Assembly (NCBI GenBank): GCA_951406725.2
Contig: OX597828.1
Coordinates: 49,228,001 to 49,292,000, forward strand
DNA length: 64,000 bases
Reading direction: 5' to 3'
From: Octopus vulgaris
Taxonomy: Eukaryota
Of the stretch, positions 22,710 to 35,191 are shown piece after piece. The notes under the pieces were generated by a model. The model was not told where the DNA came from, did no database searches, and worked only from the letters and a program-made list of their open reading frames with translations. Each line of letters opens with the position of its first letter. Position 1 is the stretch's first letter. A program made the translations under genes and the position numbers.

Positions 22710-23154
22710 TTTATATAACATGGTCAGCTGATAATTATCAAAACAAGTTGACTCAGACACTGTCAAACCTATTCTGCTGGGTCTTCAGAATGCCATGTTT
22801 ATTCTAGCCATTATCGAAGCACAAGACCAGGTGAGAAGAAATGGGTGGCTGGGTGATTCTTCTGAACATGGAACTGTATTCATTTTAGCTGCCAATCTGA
22901 GAGGAACTAGCTAAAAATGGCACTCAAGTGAGAGAGAAGGGAATAAATAAAAAAAAAAAAAGGAAAAAGAAGAAACAGTGCCAATAGGTTTATAGTTTTT
23001 GTAGCTTCATGCCAATTTATTAGGGAACCCTGACAACATTGCAAAGAGTGGGGGGGGGGGCAGGTGTGGCTAGAGAAAAAAGCAGCATAGAAAAATATGG
23101 CAAGTTTCTTTTTTTTTTTTACCTTCTTGAAATATAATTCTTTAAAAATAAAAA

Positions 23155-25017
23155 TAATTCTTTCTACTCGAGGCACAAAGCCTGGAACCTTGGAGGAAAG
23201 GGCTAGTGAATTACATTGATCCCAGTACTCAACTGGTACTTATCTTATTGAACTTGAAAGGATTAAGGACAAATTTGATCTTGGCTGAATTTGAACTCAG
23301 AATATAAAGCTGGAAAAAAAAAAAAGGCTGTGAAGCATTTTGTCCAACACACTACTGATCCTGCCAGCTTGCTACTATTTTATGATATTAGTAATGGTTT
23401 CAAATTTTGAAGAAGAGCTAAGTCAATTCAATCAACCCCAGTACTCAACTGGTACTTATTTTCTTGACCCGGAAAGGATGAAAGGTAAAGTCAACCTCAA
23501 CAGAATTTGAACTCAGAATGTCAAGATGGATGAAATGCCACTAAGAATTTTGCCTGGCATGCTAATTATTCTGCCAGCTCGCTGCTTTAATGGCCCTCGT
23601 GCCGGTGGCACATAAAAGCACCCACTACACTCTCGGAGTGGTTGGCGTTAGGAAGGGCATCAAGCTGTAGAAACTCTGCCAGATCAAGATTGAAGCCTGG
23701 TGCAGCCATCTGGTTGCCAGCCCTCAGTCAAATCATCCAACCCATGCTAGCATGGAAAACGGACGTTAAATGATGATGATGAACCCTTTCTACTTTAGAC
23801 ACAAGGCCTGAAATTTTGGGGGAGGGGACTAGTGGATTACATCAACCCTAGTACTGAACTGGTATTTATTTTATTGACCCCAAAAGGATGAAAGGCAAAG
23901 TTGACCTCAGCGGAATTTGAACTCAGTGAGTGTAAAGATGAACAAAATGACATTAAGCATTTTTGCACAACAAGCTAATGACTGCTAGCTCACTGCCTTT
24001 AATAATAATAATAACAATTTTTACTACTAAAGGCACAAGGCCTGAAATTTTGAGGGAAGGGACAAGCCAATTACACTGACCTCAGTGTTTTAGTGGTACT
24101 TAATTTATTGACCCCGCCAAAAGGATGAGAGGCAAAGTCAACCTCAGCAGCATTTGAACTCAGAACCTGAAGACAAACAGAAAACTGCTAAGCATTTTGC
24201 TAACAGATATCACTGAATCAGCTCTTGTATATCACTGGTATTCTATTTTATCAATCCCAAAAGGGATGAAAAGTAAAGTTGGCCTTGGCAAAATTTGAGC
24301 CAGAATGCAAAGGGCCAGAACAAATACCATACAACCCTTTAAAAGGTTTCTGTTTTAGGAAGCAGACTAGGGGAGTGAGATGGGGGGGTTAGCCAATACC
24401 ATATCAATCCCAGTATGTGACTGGTACTTTTCACCCCTTTTGGGGTTGATGAAATAGAATACCAGTGATATACGAGGGCATCGCAATAAATGCTATGGCA
24501 GTATTTGTTCTGGCTTTGCAAGTTCTGATTTCAAATCATGTCAGGGTCAACTTTGTCTTTTATTCCTCTGGAGCCGATAAAACTTGTAGAGACCAATGCC
24601 CTCTCCTCAAAATTGCTGGCCTTGTGCCTGAATTAAAAACAAATATTATTATTATTAATTATGATGTTGGATTGGTTAAGTTATTTGAACAAAGGCTGAA
24701 ATGCCTCACTGTATTTATATTCATTTTGGTTCTTTATATTTTGAGTTCTAATCCCATCATGGTCAGCTTTGCTTTTCATCCCACCAAGTTTGATAACATG
24801 AAGTACTGCTAAGCATTTCACTCAGCATGCTAATGATTCTGCCAGCTCACTGCCTTAATAATAATAATAATAATAATAAACCTTTCTACTATAGGCACAA
24901 GGCCTGAAATTTGTGGGTAGGGGGTATGTTGATCACATTGACCCTAGTGTTTCACTGGTACTTAATTTACCACTAACCATTGCACCCGGCATGCTAACAA
25001 TTCTGTTAGCTCACTGC

Positions 25018-25059
<42 letters not shown>

Positions 25060-25400
25060 AATAATAATCCTTTCTACTGGAGACACAAGGTCTCAAATTT
25101 GGTGGGACTAGTTGATTACATCGACCCCAGTGTCTCTCACTGGTACTTAATTTGACCCCAAAAGGACAGAAGGCAAAGTCGACCTCAGCGGAATTTTAAT
25201 GCAAAACATAGTGACAGGCGAAATACTGCTAAGCATTTTGCCCGGCGTGCTAACGACTCTACCATGATAATAATAATAATAATAATGGTTTCAAATTTTA
25301 GCAGAAGGCTAGCAAATTTTAGAGGGAGGAGCTTAATTACTTATATCAATACCAGTACATGACTGGTATTTTATCAACCCTGAAAAGATGAAAGGCAAAA
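23155..25400 (-). mobile_element. Cluster of about 10 SINE B copies or fragments (mostly minus strand) plus one family C copy, directly downstream of the gene
   Basis: Repeated actggtactta...aaaggatgaaaggcaaagt...aatttgaactcag units separated by (AAT)n. Confidence 0.8.
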
Positions 25401-25698
25401 GTGGATTCGAACACACTCATAATTCTGCTAGTTTGCCCCCTTTATGTAAGAACAACAAGAACAACAACATTCAAAGAACGGTAATAAGAGATTAGCTCAC
25501 ATCGACCTGTTACTACACAACTGATTGGAAATTATACTCTTTTACACAAATAAGGAAGAAAGACAGAGGGGTGTGGGGTGTGGATGAAGTTTTGATACAG
25601 AGACACAAGAAAGAAAACAAGAAAATGAAAAAATAAAAAAATAATAAAAAAAGAGAGATAGAAAGGAGAGAGAGAAAATGGAATTAAATCTGGAACAT

Positions 25699-25704
25699 TT
25701 TATT
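25699..25704 (-). terminator. Candidate polyadenylation signal (AATAAA) of the ZNF608-like gene
   Basis: AATAAA on the minus strand ~425 nt past the stop, at the end of a TE-free A-rich 3' UTR-like tract, followed by a pyrimidine/U-rich stretch. Other AATAAA copies also occur in this AT-rich tract. Confidence 0.35.
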
Positions 25705-26128
25705 GTTTGGTTGTATATATTTTTTAATTTTTTAATTTTTTTTTTTTACAAGGATTGCTGAATGCCATGGTAACTGTCCCTTCAAAAACTGGAAGAAACT
25801 CAAACTGTATTTCTTTATATACACCAAATACAATTGAATTCTTCCCATAAAAACTGAAATTATTATTTTTTTTTTTTGGTTTCACTTTCAAAAGTTTTGG
25901 TTCTTTAGATAGATTCATTATTTTTTTTCATAAATTTTTGCACAGAATAAAATTTATAATTTTATTTGTTTTTTTTTTCAACTATGACAATTTTATATAT
26001 TTTTTAAAATCTTTTAACATAATCAACTTTTTTCTTTTTTTTTTCTTTCTTAATACTGATTTTGTGTCTCTTTTATTTATTTTTTTAAAACTTTTTTCTT
26101 ATATTTTGTTTTATTTTACATCATGTTC

Positions 26129-29100
26129 TTATTTATTTGTAAATGGATAGAGAGGAAACGTGGCACCGACCACATGTGTATGATGGTGAGTATGGACGTG
26201 TCTTTGAGTGGGTGGGGAATTCTGATAGTCTCGAGTTTTATCAAAATTTGGGGATGGTGATACAGAAGTCTCAGAGATTGATGTTTTTGGATGTGGTGAA
26301 GAATGACAGTTTGATGAGGGTCGTGATGAGGTTTTTTCCTGAAGTTCTGACATTTTGTGCATCTCATAATATGAGGCTGAAGAAGAATGGTGGATCACTT
26401 CTGCTGATTTAGAAGGTTCCAACTCAGTGCCGGGGAGGACAGGTTGGTTTAGAATATTCTTTTGGGAGGACGTGTTTTTTTCTTCTTTTTCAACATCGCT
26501 TTGGTTAAGCCGGTAGCCTAAATGAGATGGATGTAGGTAAGATGCGTTTGGGTAACCGAGCACGGGGTTAAACTGCCGATAGGCATCGAAGTGCAACGGA
26601 CTGTAACCAGGTGACTGCATATAGGGGTAGGGTACATAATGAGGGTAATTTGCAGAAGTAGCAGCAGATACAGCTGTGTTACTGTTTGAACTAGGGACAC
26701 TACTACTACTACTACTACTATTATTATTATTGGATGAGGATGATGATGATGACGACGAGGAAGAAGACGGTGGCATGTTACTATTATTACTACTATTATT
26801 ACTGCCACCACCACCACCACCACCACCACTGCCGCCGCCGCCGCCACCAACACCACCACCACCACCGCTGCCACCACCACCAATAACACCACTACCACCA
26901 CTACTGCTGTTACCTAGAGACAACGAGTAGGAACTCTTTAGTTTCTGGCTTTCAGCTGGGCTGCGCAACTTGTCCATCATCATCATTCGCTTGTCGGAAG
27001 TCTGACAGAGATCTGGAATTGGTTTACTTATAGGTTTTATATCACGTACCATCACCTCTTTAGTCTTCATGTCCAAGAGATCACGCTTGGAAGAGTTACT
27101 GCTATTACTGCTAGTATTGTTATCGCGAGAGAGAATCTCATCGTTGGGCATTAACCTACCATGCTCCAACATCTTATGACCACCCTTAGGGATCATCAAC
27201 TCCATTGCTTGCATGTCAGGCTTAGGCCCATACTCCATCTTGCGTTTCTCTTGTTCAAGGAACTTCTGCTGTTGGTACATATAAAAGTGTGGTATACCCT
27301 CGTGTCGGACATCATTGTGCTGCATCCGGTAGGCCTCAGCTTCTGACATCTCACACCGAGATTTGTCCATCTGTGACTTCACCTCAAAGTTCTCGTTCAT
27401 TATTTGGTGGTTTTCATTTTTTTTCTCTCTGATTGCCTGTTCTCGTTCCCTCTCCAGAGATTTCTCGACCATTATTTTCCGGTTGTCCGGGCCCTTATCT
27501 GTTTGGTTTGATTTCAAAGCCATATTGTGAGGACTCGATTTGATAGTGTGGACGTTGGGTGGAATATCAGAATGTGACGATGCTTTTAAGTCATCGGGTA
27601 AGCCAGATTTGTTTTGAAATTCTATTGCTTTCTTGCAGGATTCAGCATCTTTACCCGGGTAGTGCTGTACTCGTTTTTGATCTTCTAAAGCTTTCTCGTA
27701 TTGCTGTCGATACTGCGGGTCTGCCAGGTGATGCATGTGGAACGAGGGATCAACATATCCATAGAGATATTGGAAGTGTGGAGGCTGAGGCCAGGCATAA
27801 TACTGCTGGTACCATTTCTGTGGATAATCATGAGGTGAGATAGCTGCTGCTGCACTGCTTGGTCCACCGCTTCCACTGCCTCCTCCACCACCGCCGCCGC
27901 CACCACCACCTCCCCCTCCGCCAGGAGGAGCACCTTCTTTATGCTTAGGATCTTCTTTTTCTTCTTTGATTTTCTTTTCTTCACCCATTTTCATTCCTTC
28001 CTCTAATGAAACCCCCATTTTATCATCTTGGCAGCTGACCACAACGCCCTGGGGTGGTTCACTTTTGATTGAAGTCGATGCCTTGTGGTTGCCCACAGAC
28101 GAGCTCCCTGACACACTGTTGGAAGCACTGCTCTGGCTGACATGAGACGAGGGCTGGGAAACATTAGGAACAAGGTAGGACGACTGGCCGTAGTAACCAT
28201 ACATACCATAATGGGGAACGGCTGTCGGAGGAGGTTCCGGGCTGTTCCGACCTTGATGTTTCTCTTCTTTACGTGAGCTAGAACTTTCTTCCTTCACTTT
28301 CACAGGTGTGTCACCTTGTGTAGGGGACCCAGACTCATTGGCATCAGAAATGTCTGAATAGGCTGGACTTTGGACGTCATCATTGACCGGCGTCTTCCTG
28401 TCTGGCGTTGAAAGTAAACCAGGCATTGGAGCGCCGACCTTTAAAAGGCCTGGGGGTTGTGTCATACGAGTGACTTGACTTGGATCGAGCGATGACTTGG
28501 GAGAGATTTGTGCAGCAATCACAGAGTTTGCACAGCCTAACGAACTAACAGTCGATCGGGAGAGGTCAGATATTAAATGAGGGGGTTCCATTAAACTACT
28601 ATCTTTTTTGGGCATCAAATCAAGCCCTGGTTTCGGTGGTGAAGCTACTGCTTTAATCACAGCTGTTCGTTCATATTTGGGGGTGTGATCCCCCTTCAGG
28701 GAGGGAACATCACATTTACCCAACTCTTTCTCTTTGCTACACTTCTTCTTTTGTTTTGGTTTTTTATCTTTGAAGCTGACAAGAGATGAGTTAATGTTCA
28801 TGGATTCACCTAGGATGGTCGGTTTTGGCTGGATTGGCTTCAGTGAGGGAGATACCTGAGTATGAGTGGTTGGCACAGAGGTTAGGCCAGTGTGAGAAGA
28901 ACTGACACTGCCAGGGAATGCCATAAGCTGGGGGCTAGGGGCTGGAACTATTGGTCGAGTAGGAGTTTTACATTTTGATTTGTCAACCACAGATATTTTT
29001 TCTGTTTTTATAGTTTTGTCCGAATCTTTCAAATCCATCCGGCATGATTCTGCAACATGAGAGATTGTACCGAATGTAGTGACGGAGGTAAGTAATGACT

Positions 29101-30413
29101 GGCTACTCATAGGACTGACCACAGAGGGCGCCACTGATGATGCCGACATAGATAGCATGGGGCTCGTCTGACAGTTTGTTTGAGTTACCATGGAAACACC
29201 ACCTGTGCCTAGACAACCCATGGGGGCACCAGGAAGTTGGTACATTTGATTAGGAAGAGGCTTTGAGACAGAACCACCAACACTGAGACCAGATGGAGGA
29301 TGTATGGAAGCACAACAACTTGATGGATGTTCACTCTTAATTACTTTCTCAGTTTTAATTGTTTCTCCTAATGATGTTATTTCACTTTTAATTGACGTTT
29401 TGTCTAATAACACTTTCTGTTCATCACTAGCTTCGTCCGCTGACTGGCAACTGATTTGTTCTTGATTTAAATCACCTGCTGTGGACCCTTCCTCGGCATG
29501 GATATTGTCATCACTTTGTATCTCTTCCTTGATTTTCTCTTTCCGACTGCTTTTCTCACTGGTTTCGTCTTTCCGACTACGACCGACTTCCTCGTCGGTT
29601 ATATTACCTTCCATGCTTATAGCATCCTCATCGCGTAAATTCTCGTCAGCCTCTTGGGCTTGCAGCATGGAACTGTGATGAGCATGAGACTGATGGTAGC
29701 GTAGACCATTAATATGTTTGTACTGTTTGTTACAGTTGGCTTCGGGACACTTCAACAGAACCGGCGAACTGGACTCTCCACTAGCAGACCCAGTACTAGC
29801 GACACCGTTACCGCTGGTTGATAAACTGATCGTAGCTGAAGACATTGAAGAATTATTTATACTACTACTACTGCTGCTGCTGCTGTTGTTGTTGCTGTTG
29901 TTGTTATTGTTGTTGCTGTTGTTGTTACTGTTATTATTATTATTATTGTTATTATTATTATTGCCACTAGCACTTGTGTTACTATTGGCGCTGGTGCCGC
30001 TCCTCCAGCTTGACCGGCACCTTTTGCTTCCTTTGCAAGGATCTGAAGGAACGGACAAATCCAAATCTGAAGGCCTTCCCTTGCGTTTCAAAGAACTGCT
30101 GCGATCGTGCTCTAGTTTGGCAGGGCTGGCCGGAGCCTGGAAGCTGTTGCCTCCACACCGCCGGCCTTTCCGAAGTTTGCGTCCCTCGTTGTTGTTGCCG
30201 TTGCCATTGTTGTTGTTGTTGCTGTTATTGTTGTTGTTATTGTTGTTGCTGCTGCTACTGTTGTTGCTGCTGCTGTTGTTGTTGTTGTTGTTGCCACCAC
30301 CACTGATATTCAAGCGTTCATTGACCGGCGTCGCAGTGTTGCCTCGGCCTCGCTTGCCGCGTCCTTTCGGAGTCCTTGATTCGAAGTCACTTACAGGAGA
30401 GTCACAGTTGAAT
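26129..30413 (-). CDS. ZNF608: Large terminal coding exon of a ZNF608/ZNF609 (scribbler/brakeless) zinc-finger transcriptional co-regulator; 5' exons lie outside the window
   Basis: 1446-aa ORF with family motifs R|FNCDSPVSDFESRTPKGRGKRGR, a single C2H2 finger CPEANCNKQYKHINGLRYHQSHAH (29678-29749), RPIVPAP, LKPIQPKPTILGE, SPAYSDISDA and SPPTQRHVHTHHHTHV. Splice acceptor gttgttctctccttcag|A at 30414/30413 (phase 2) falls where homologues read WAPPR|FC. The first 18 ORF residues are intronic. Stop TAA at 26129-26131. Confidence 0.92.
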
Positions 30414-31038
30414 CTGAAGGAGAGAACAACATGGATTAGGAATCCAACAAGTCTTAGCATTTTGGACAAGAAGTTTTCAAGGGCAAGTGGGGGGGAATGA
30501 AGGGGGGTGGCAAGGGCTGGACACCAGTAAAAGAGGGGAAATACAATGCAGACATACAGACAGACAAAACCACCGCTATTTAAAGGATTATCATAGAATT
30601 AATCTATGGGAGGATTTTTTTGGGTTAAGATAAAAACAGATATTTTTTTTAATTAGAATAAATGTCTGTTGTATGGAAGTAATTCTTTGGGCAGTCCAAA
30701 ATAATAAGTTTGGGCTAAAAACAACATTGGAATGTATACAAGTAGAAGGTGAAAGTGGGTTATGCCTAACATCTGGTCAGTTCTCCATTGCATCATCATC
30801 ATCATCATCGTCATCTCTCTCTCCATCTCTTGCTATGTTGTTGCGTTATGCTGCAGCTGTTGCACAATAACCACTATCCTCCAGTCTGCATGAGGTTAAT
30901 GATTAATGATTGGTTAGTCACAGGAGGATTACAGTGGGTTTGCTAACTTTTACTTTTAGTTCAATCCATATATAGTCAGTTGATTACTTGTAGTAGTGGT
31001 GGTAGTAGTAGGAGCAGGAGCAGTAGTAGTAGTTGTAA

Positions 31039-31083
<45 letters not shown>

Positions 31084-31920
31084 AACAACAACAACAAATG
31101 CAGGCAGAAAAAATAAACAATGAAAAGAAAAAAAAAATTTGACAGAAATTTAATCAATCAAGTGCAAGAGGTGGGGATGGGGAGTGAGAGGTGAGGTAGG
31201 AATGAATATCGTGTGTGTGTGTGCAAGTGTGTGTGTGTGCGTGTGTGTGTGTATGTGTATGCACACACATACCCATATACACGCGCACGCATCTTGCATC
31301 TTGTGGGTTGATGTCGGGGAGGATTGTCAACTGATGAGTGACTAAGAGGTGGGGGAGGGGGTGTTAGCACTTGTTAAGATTAATTAGCATTAGTGACAAA
31401 CGGCACAAAACGCATCCAAGCAGATGCACAAACATATTGCATATGCACATACACATGATGCACACACAAAATCTGATCTAAGATAAATCAGGAAAGCAAA
31501 CAGGATTAATTGTGGAAAGTTTTTGTATTTCCCATCGACTGTGCTATCTACAGAGGTACCCTATAATCAATGTATTATCTATAAAGGTACCCCAAAGTCT
31601 AGTTACAGACATGTAACAGCCATAGGGCATCTATCAAAATGTGACCACAATACTAAGCGCACCTATCAAAATGTGATCACCGCATTATAGTTCGGCTATC
31701 AAGATCAAACGGATGCATTCTGGTGCATCTAGGATTCTAGAGAAAATATATGAGAATGTTCAATTCTAACATCAAACTAAATGATATTTAATAAACAGAA
31801 GTAATTTCTCTTATTTGTCATGTTTGAAACATTTAGTAAATAAACTAAGGTTTAAAAGAAAGGTTTAGCAACATGAGGTTTTAAGTAAGGTTTACTAAAA
31901 TATTCAAAAAGTTCAGCGTG

Positions 31921-32260
31921 AAGGTGCATGGCTCAGTGGCTAGAGCATTGGTCTCACAATCATGAGGTAGTGAGTTCGATTCCTGCACTAGGATGTGTGT
32001 TGTGTTCTTGAGCAAGACACTTTATTTCATATTTCTCCAGTTCACCCAACTGTAGAAACGAGTTGCGACATCAGTGGTGCCAAGCTGTATTGGCTGTTGC
32101 CATTCCCTTGGATAACATCGGTGGAGAGAGTAGGCTGGTATGTGTGGGCAACTACTGGTCTTCCATAAACACCTTTGGCCAGACTTGTGCCTCAGAGGGG
32201 AACTTCCAAGGTGCAATGCCATGGTTATTCGTAACTGAAGGTGGTCTTTACCCTTTTACT
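31921..32260 (+). mobile_element. tRNA-derived SINE, family D
   Basis: A box tggctcagtgg, B box gagttcgattcc, tgtgttcttgagcaagacactttatttca segment; second copy at ~34022-34320. Confidence 0.75.
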
Positions 32261-32274
32261 AAAGTTCAGTTTAA

Positions 32275-32495
32275 CCCTTTAGCATTTAAACCGGCCATAT
32301 CCGGCCAAAAGTATTCTGCCTGTTTTATGTGCAAACTGGCCAGATCTGGTCTCTGAGACCAACCCTACAATATCATTTTAAAAATTAACAGCTACCTCAT
32401 CAAAATCTCATAGCTACAAGATAATGCGTGATTAGTTCAAAACAATGTGGATGAAAAAGCATTAATTTTGGCAGAATAATGCAAACACTAAAGGG
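32275..32495. mobile_element. piggyBac-type MITE, ~220 bp
   Basis: TTAA|ccctttag...ctaaaggg|TTAA. Further copies at ~34875-35093, 36525-36745, 38078-38307, 39803-40013, 53698-53916, 54354-54575. Confidence 0.85.
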
Positions 32496-33317
32496 TTAAG
32501 GTTTGGCAAATTAAGATTTAATTAAGCAGGGCATAATGAGCCCTGGTTCAGTACAAGATTTAGTAAAGTAAGGCTTAGTATAATATTTAGTAAACTAAGG
32601 TTTGTCAAACTGAGTTTTAATAAAATGAGGGTTTAACAAAATAAATGGAAAAATTAACGAATATAAAATATCTTGATTACACCATTATCTTTTTTTATTA
32701 ATGTAAGAAGGAGGAGGTGAGTAAAGCTGGAGTGCAGGTGTGGTGTGTGACCATAAGGGGGGGGGGGGGTGACAAGTAACTTCAGAATGTGTGTGTGTGT
32801 GGGGGGGGTGAGTGACCATGCAGGGTGTGTGCATGTGTGGTGGTGGTGGTGGTGGGGTTAGTGTTGAGTGACCCTCGCTCCCTCCGGACAACTAGTAAAT
32901 GTAGTTGATGGTCATTTAACAAGTGGAATGGTCAATCAATGGTCAGTTAATGAAAACCTGGATGTAGTTGGATAAAGCTGTTTTATATGGGGAGCGGGAC
33001 GGGGTTGGGGGTGGGGGACGCTTTGGTGATGAGATGACGGATGGAGGATAAGTAACAGGTGGATTAAATTGGGAATGTAGTAGTAGTAGTAGTAGTAGTA
33101 GTAAAAACAGACAGAGAGAGTGAGAGATGAGCGAGAGTGAAAGAGGACACAGTTGGATAGATAGAGAATGATGGTTAATGAGTTAAGATTCAGGTGAGTG
33201 ACAACTTTGTAAAAAGATAAGTTCAACTCGAAAAGTTTGTTAGAAACAGAGAGAAGGAATTATTGTTACAATGTTAATGACACAACATAGTTTGCCATTG
33301 TCTTGGTCAGTCTAGCA

Positions 33318-35191
33318 CAGTGGTTCACAACCTGCTGGGAGCTCAGTGCCTCTCATCACAGAATGGTACTCTACCTCACCACCACCACCCTGCGTCAACC
33401 AATATTTTGAAATAAATAAAATCAATTATTTTAATCATAGAGGAGCTAAGGGTTTAAATGGTTATGGAAAGTTTTAATCTCTTGGTTCCACTCCCTCTCT
33501 CAGCAGAGAGGTCCTTTTCTTTTGAGCGCATGGGTGCTGGTGCCACATAAACGGCCCTTGTGCTGGCGCAGTGTAAAAAAAGCACCCAACCCAGTACACT
33601 TTGTAAAATGATTGGTGTTAGGAGGGCATCCAACTATAAAAACCATGCAAAAACATGAAAATTGGAGCCTGGTGCAGTTCTCAGGCTTGCCAGCTCTTGT
33701 CAAACTGTCCAACCCATGCCAGCATGGAAAACGGATCTAAGATGAAGATGAGAATGAAAGCAAGGACTTTATATAATGAAATTCTATTGGGATTTAGCAT
33801 ATTATCAGTCATGTTTTCTACTCACTGCTAACACAATGTCCTACTTATATTCTATATTCTTGCAAAAGATTTTTTAAAATATGCGTTTAAATTGTTATAA
33901 GTCTTGTATCTATTTTAAACCTTTTGTTATCTTATTTCTGTTGAAATACTCTTTGTTTCAAATGATTTAACAAGTAACAAAGAATTTAATAAATTAATTT
34001 TGTCCTTATTAAGCTGGTATGAAGCTACATGGGCTCAGTGGTTAAAGCATCGAGTTCAAAATCACAAGGTAGCGAGTTCGATTCCCAGACTCGGTTGTGT
34101 TCTTGAGCAAGACACTTTATTTCACACTGCTCCAGTTCACACAGCTGTGGAAATGGAGTTGCGACATCACCATCACCGTTGCCAAGCTCTTTCAGCCCCT
34201 ACCTTTCCCTTGGATAACGTCGGTGGTGCGGAAATGGGAGGCTGGTATGCATTGGCAACTGCTGGTCTTGCATAAACAACCTTGCCTGGACTTGCACCTC
34301 AAAAGATAACTTTCGAGGTTTAGGCTATAAAATAACAAAGGAATTTTGATGGAAGCCTCTAATTTAGATAATCTTAAAACATGAACTTTGTAGCAAAGAA
34401 CCAGGGACAGTCTCACGTGGATTAGTCTCGTGAAGGTTAGCCTCTTAGCATCCGGATTTCTCGGTCACATGCAGAGCTCATTTAATCACACTGTTCTGAA
34501 TTAGCCATGCATAATCTTGCAGCTTCAAGAATTTGATGATGTGAAACATTTATTTTTAGAATGACATTGTATGGTAAGCATGAAAGGCCAAATCTAGTCA
34601 GTTTGAACACAAGACAGGTTAGTTAGTTAGTTAGTTAATTTTTTGGCTCAAAAAGCAAAAAGCAAGGCCATGTAGGGGGACATGGGGTTATGTACAGGGT
34701 GGTGTTCATGTAAAGAGTTCAGGCCACTTGAGGTCCAGGGAGACTTTGAACTAAGCGGTCGTCAGCATCTTCACCATCTCGTCTAGCAGCTTATTCCATG
34801 GATCTGCAACCCGGACGGAGAAAGCCCCTCTCCTTCGATTGAGATGAATATTTGGGCCAGATATGGTTGCTTTAACCCTCTAGTATTCAGGTTGCTCTGT
34901 CAAATGTAATGCTTGTTCATTCACATTGTTTGGAATTAATCATGCATTATCTTGTAACCTGGAGACTTCAATGATGTGACAGTTTTATTTTTGAAATGAC
35001 ATTGTAAGGGAGGTGTAAGACGCCTGATCTGGCCAGTTTGAGCATAAAGCAAGTGGAATATTTTGGCTAGAGATGGCCAGTTTAAATGCTAAAGTATTTC
35101 ATTTCCAAGAAAAACACAAACTCCTTAACCCCCATGAACTCCACCACATCCCCAAGAAGTCAGGCACCACTGCCTAAGTTAAGAACCACTG
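33318..35191. mobile_element. hAT-type MITE expanded to 1.9 kb by nested insertions
   Basis: TIRs cagtggttcacaac / gttaagaaccactg; 8-bp TSD GTCTAGCA/GGCTAGCA (33310-33317, 35192-35199). Confidence 0.65.
34620..34848 (-). mobile_element. 3' fragment of a CR1/L2-group LINE with (TAAC)n tail, inserted in a piggyBac MITE
   Basis: Translates to HLNRRRGAFSVRVADPWNKLLDEMVKMLTTA*FKVSLDLKW, matching the FSxRVxxxWNxL...FKxxLD C-terminal signature. Confidence 0.75.

Noticed and set aside
30414-30469. MSKMLRLVGFLIHVVLSF as the protein N-terminus
   Set aside because: It lies upstream of a good splice acceptor at the conserved junction, so it is intronic read-through.
29718-30500. 260-aa poly-Leu ORF on the plus strand
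   Set aside because: Antisense shadow of the (AAC/AAT)n tracts in the ZNF608-like exon.
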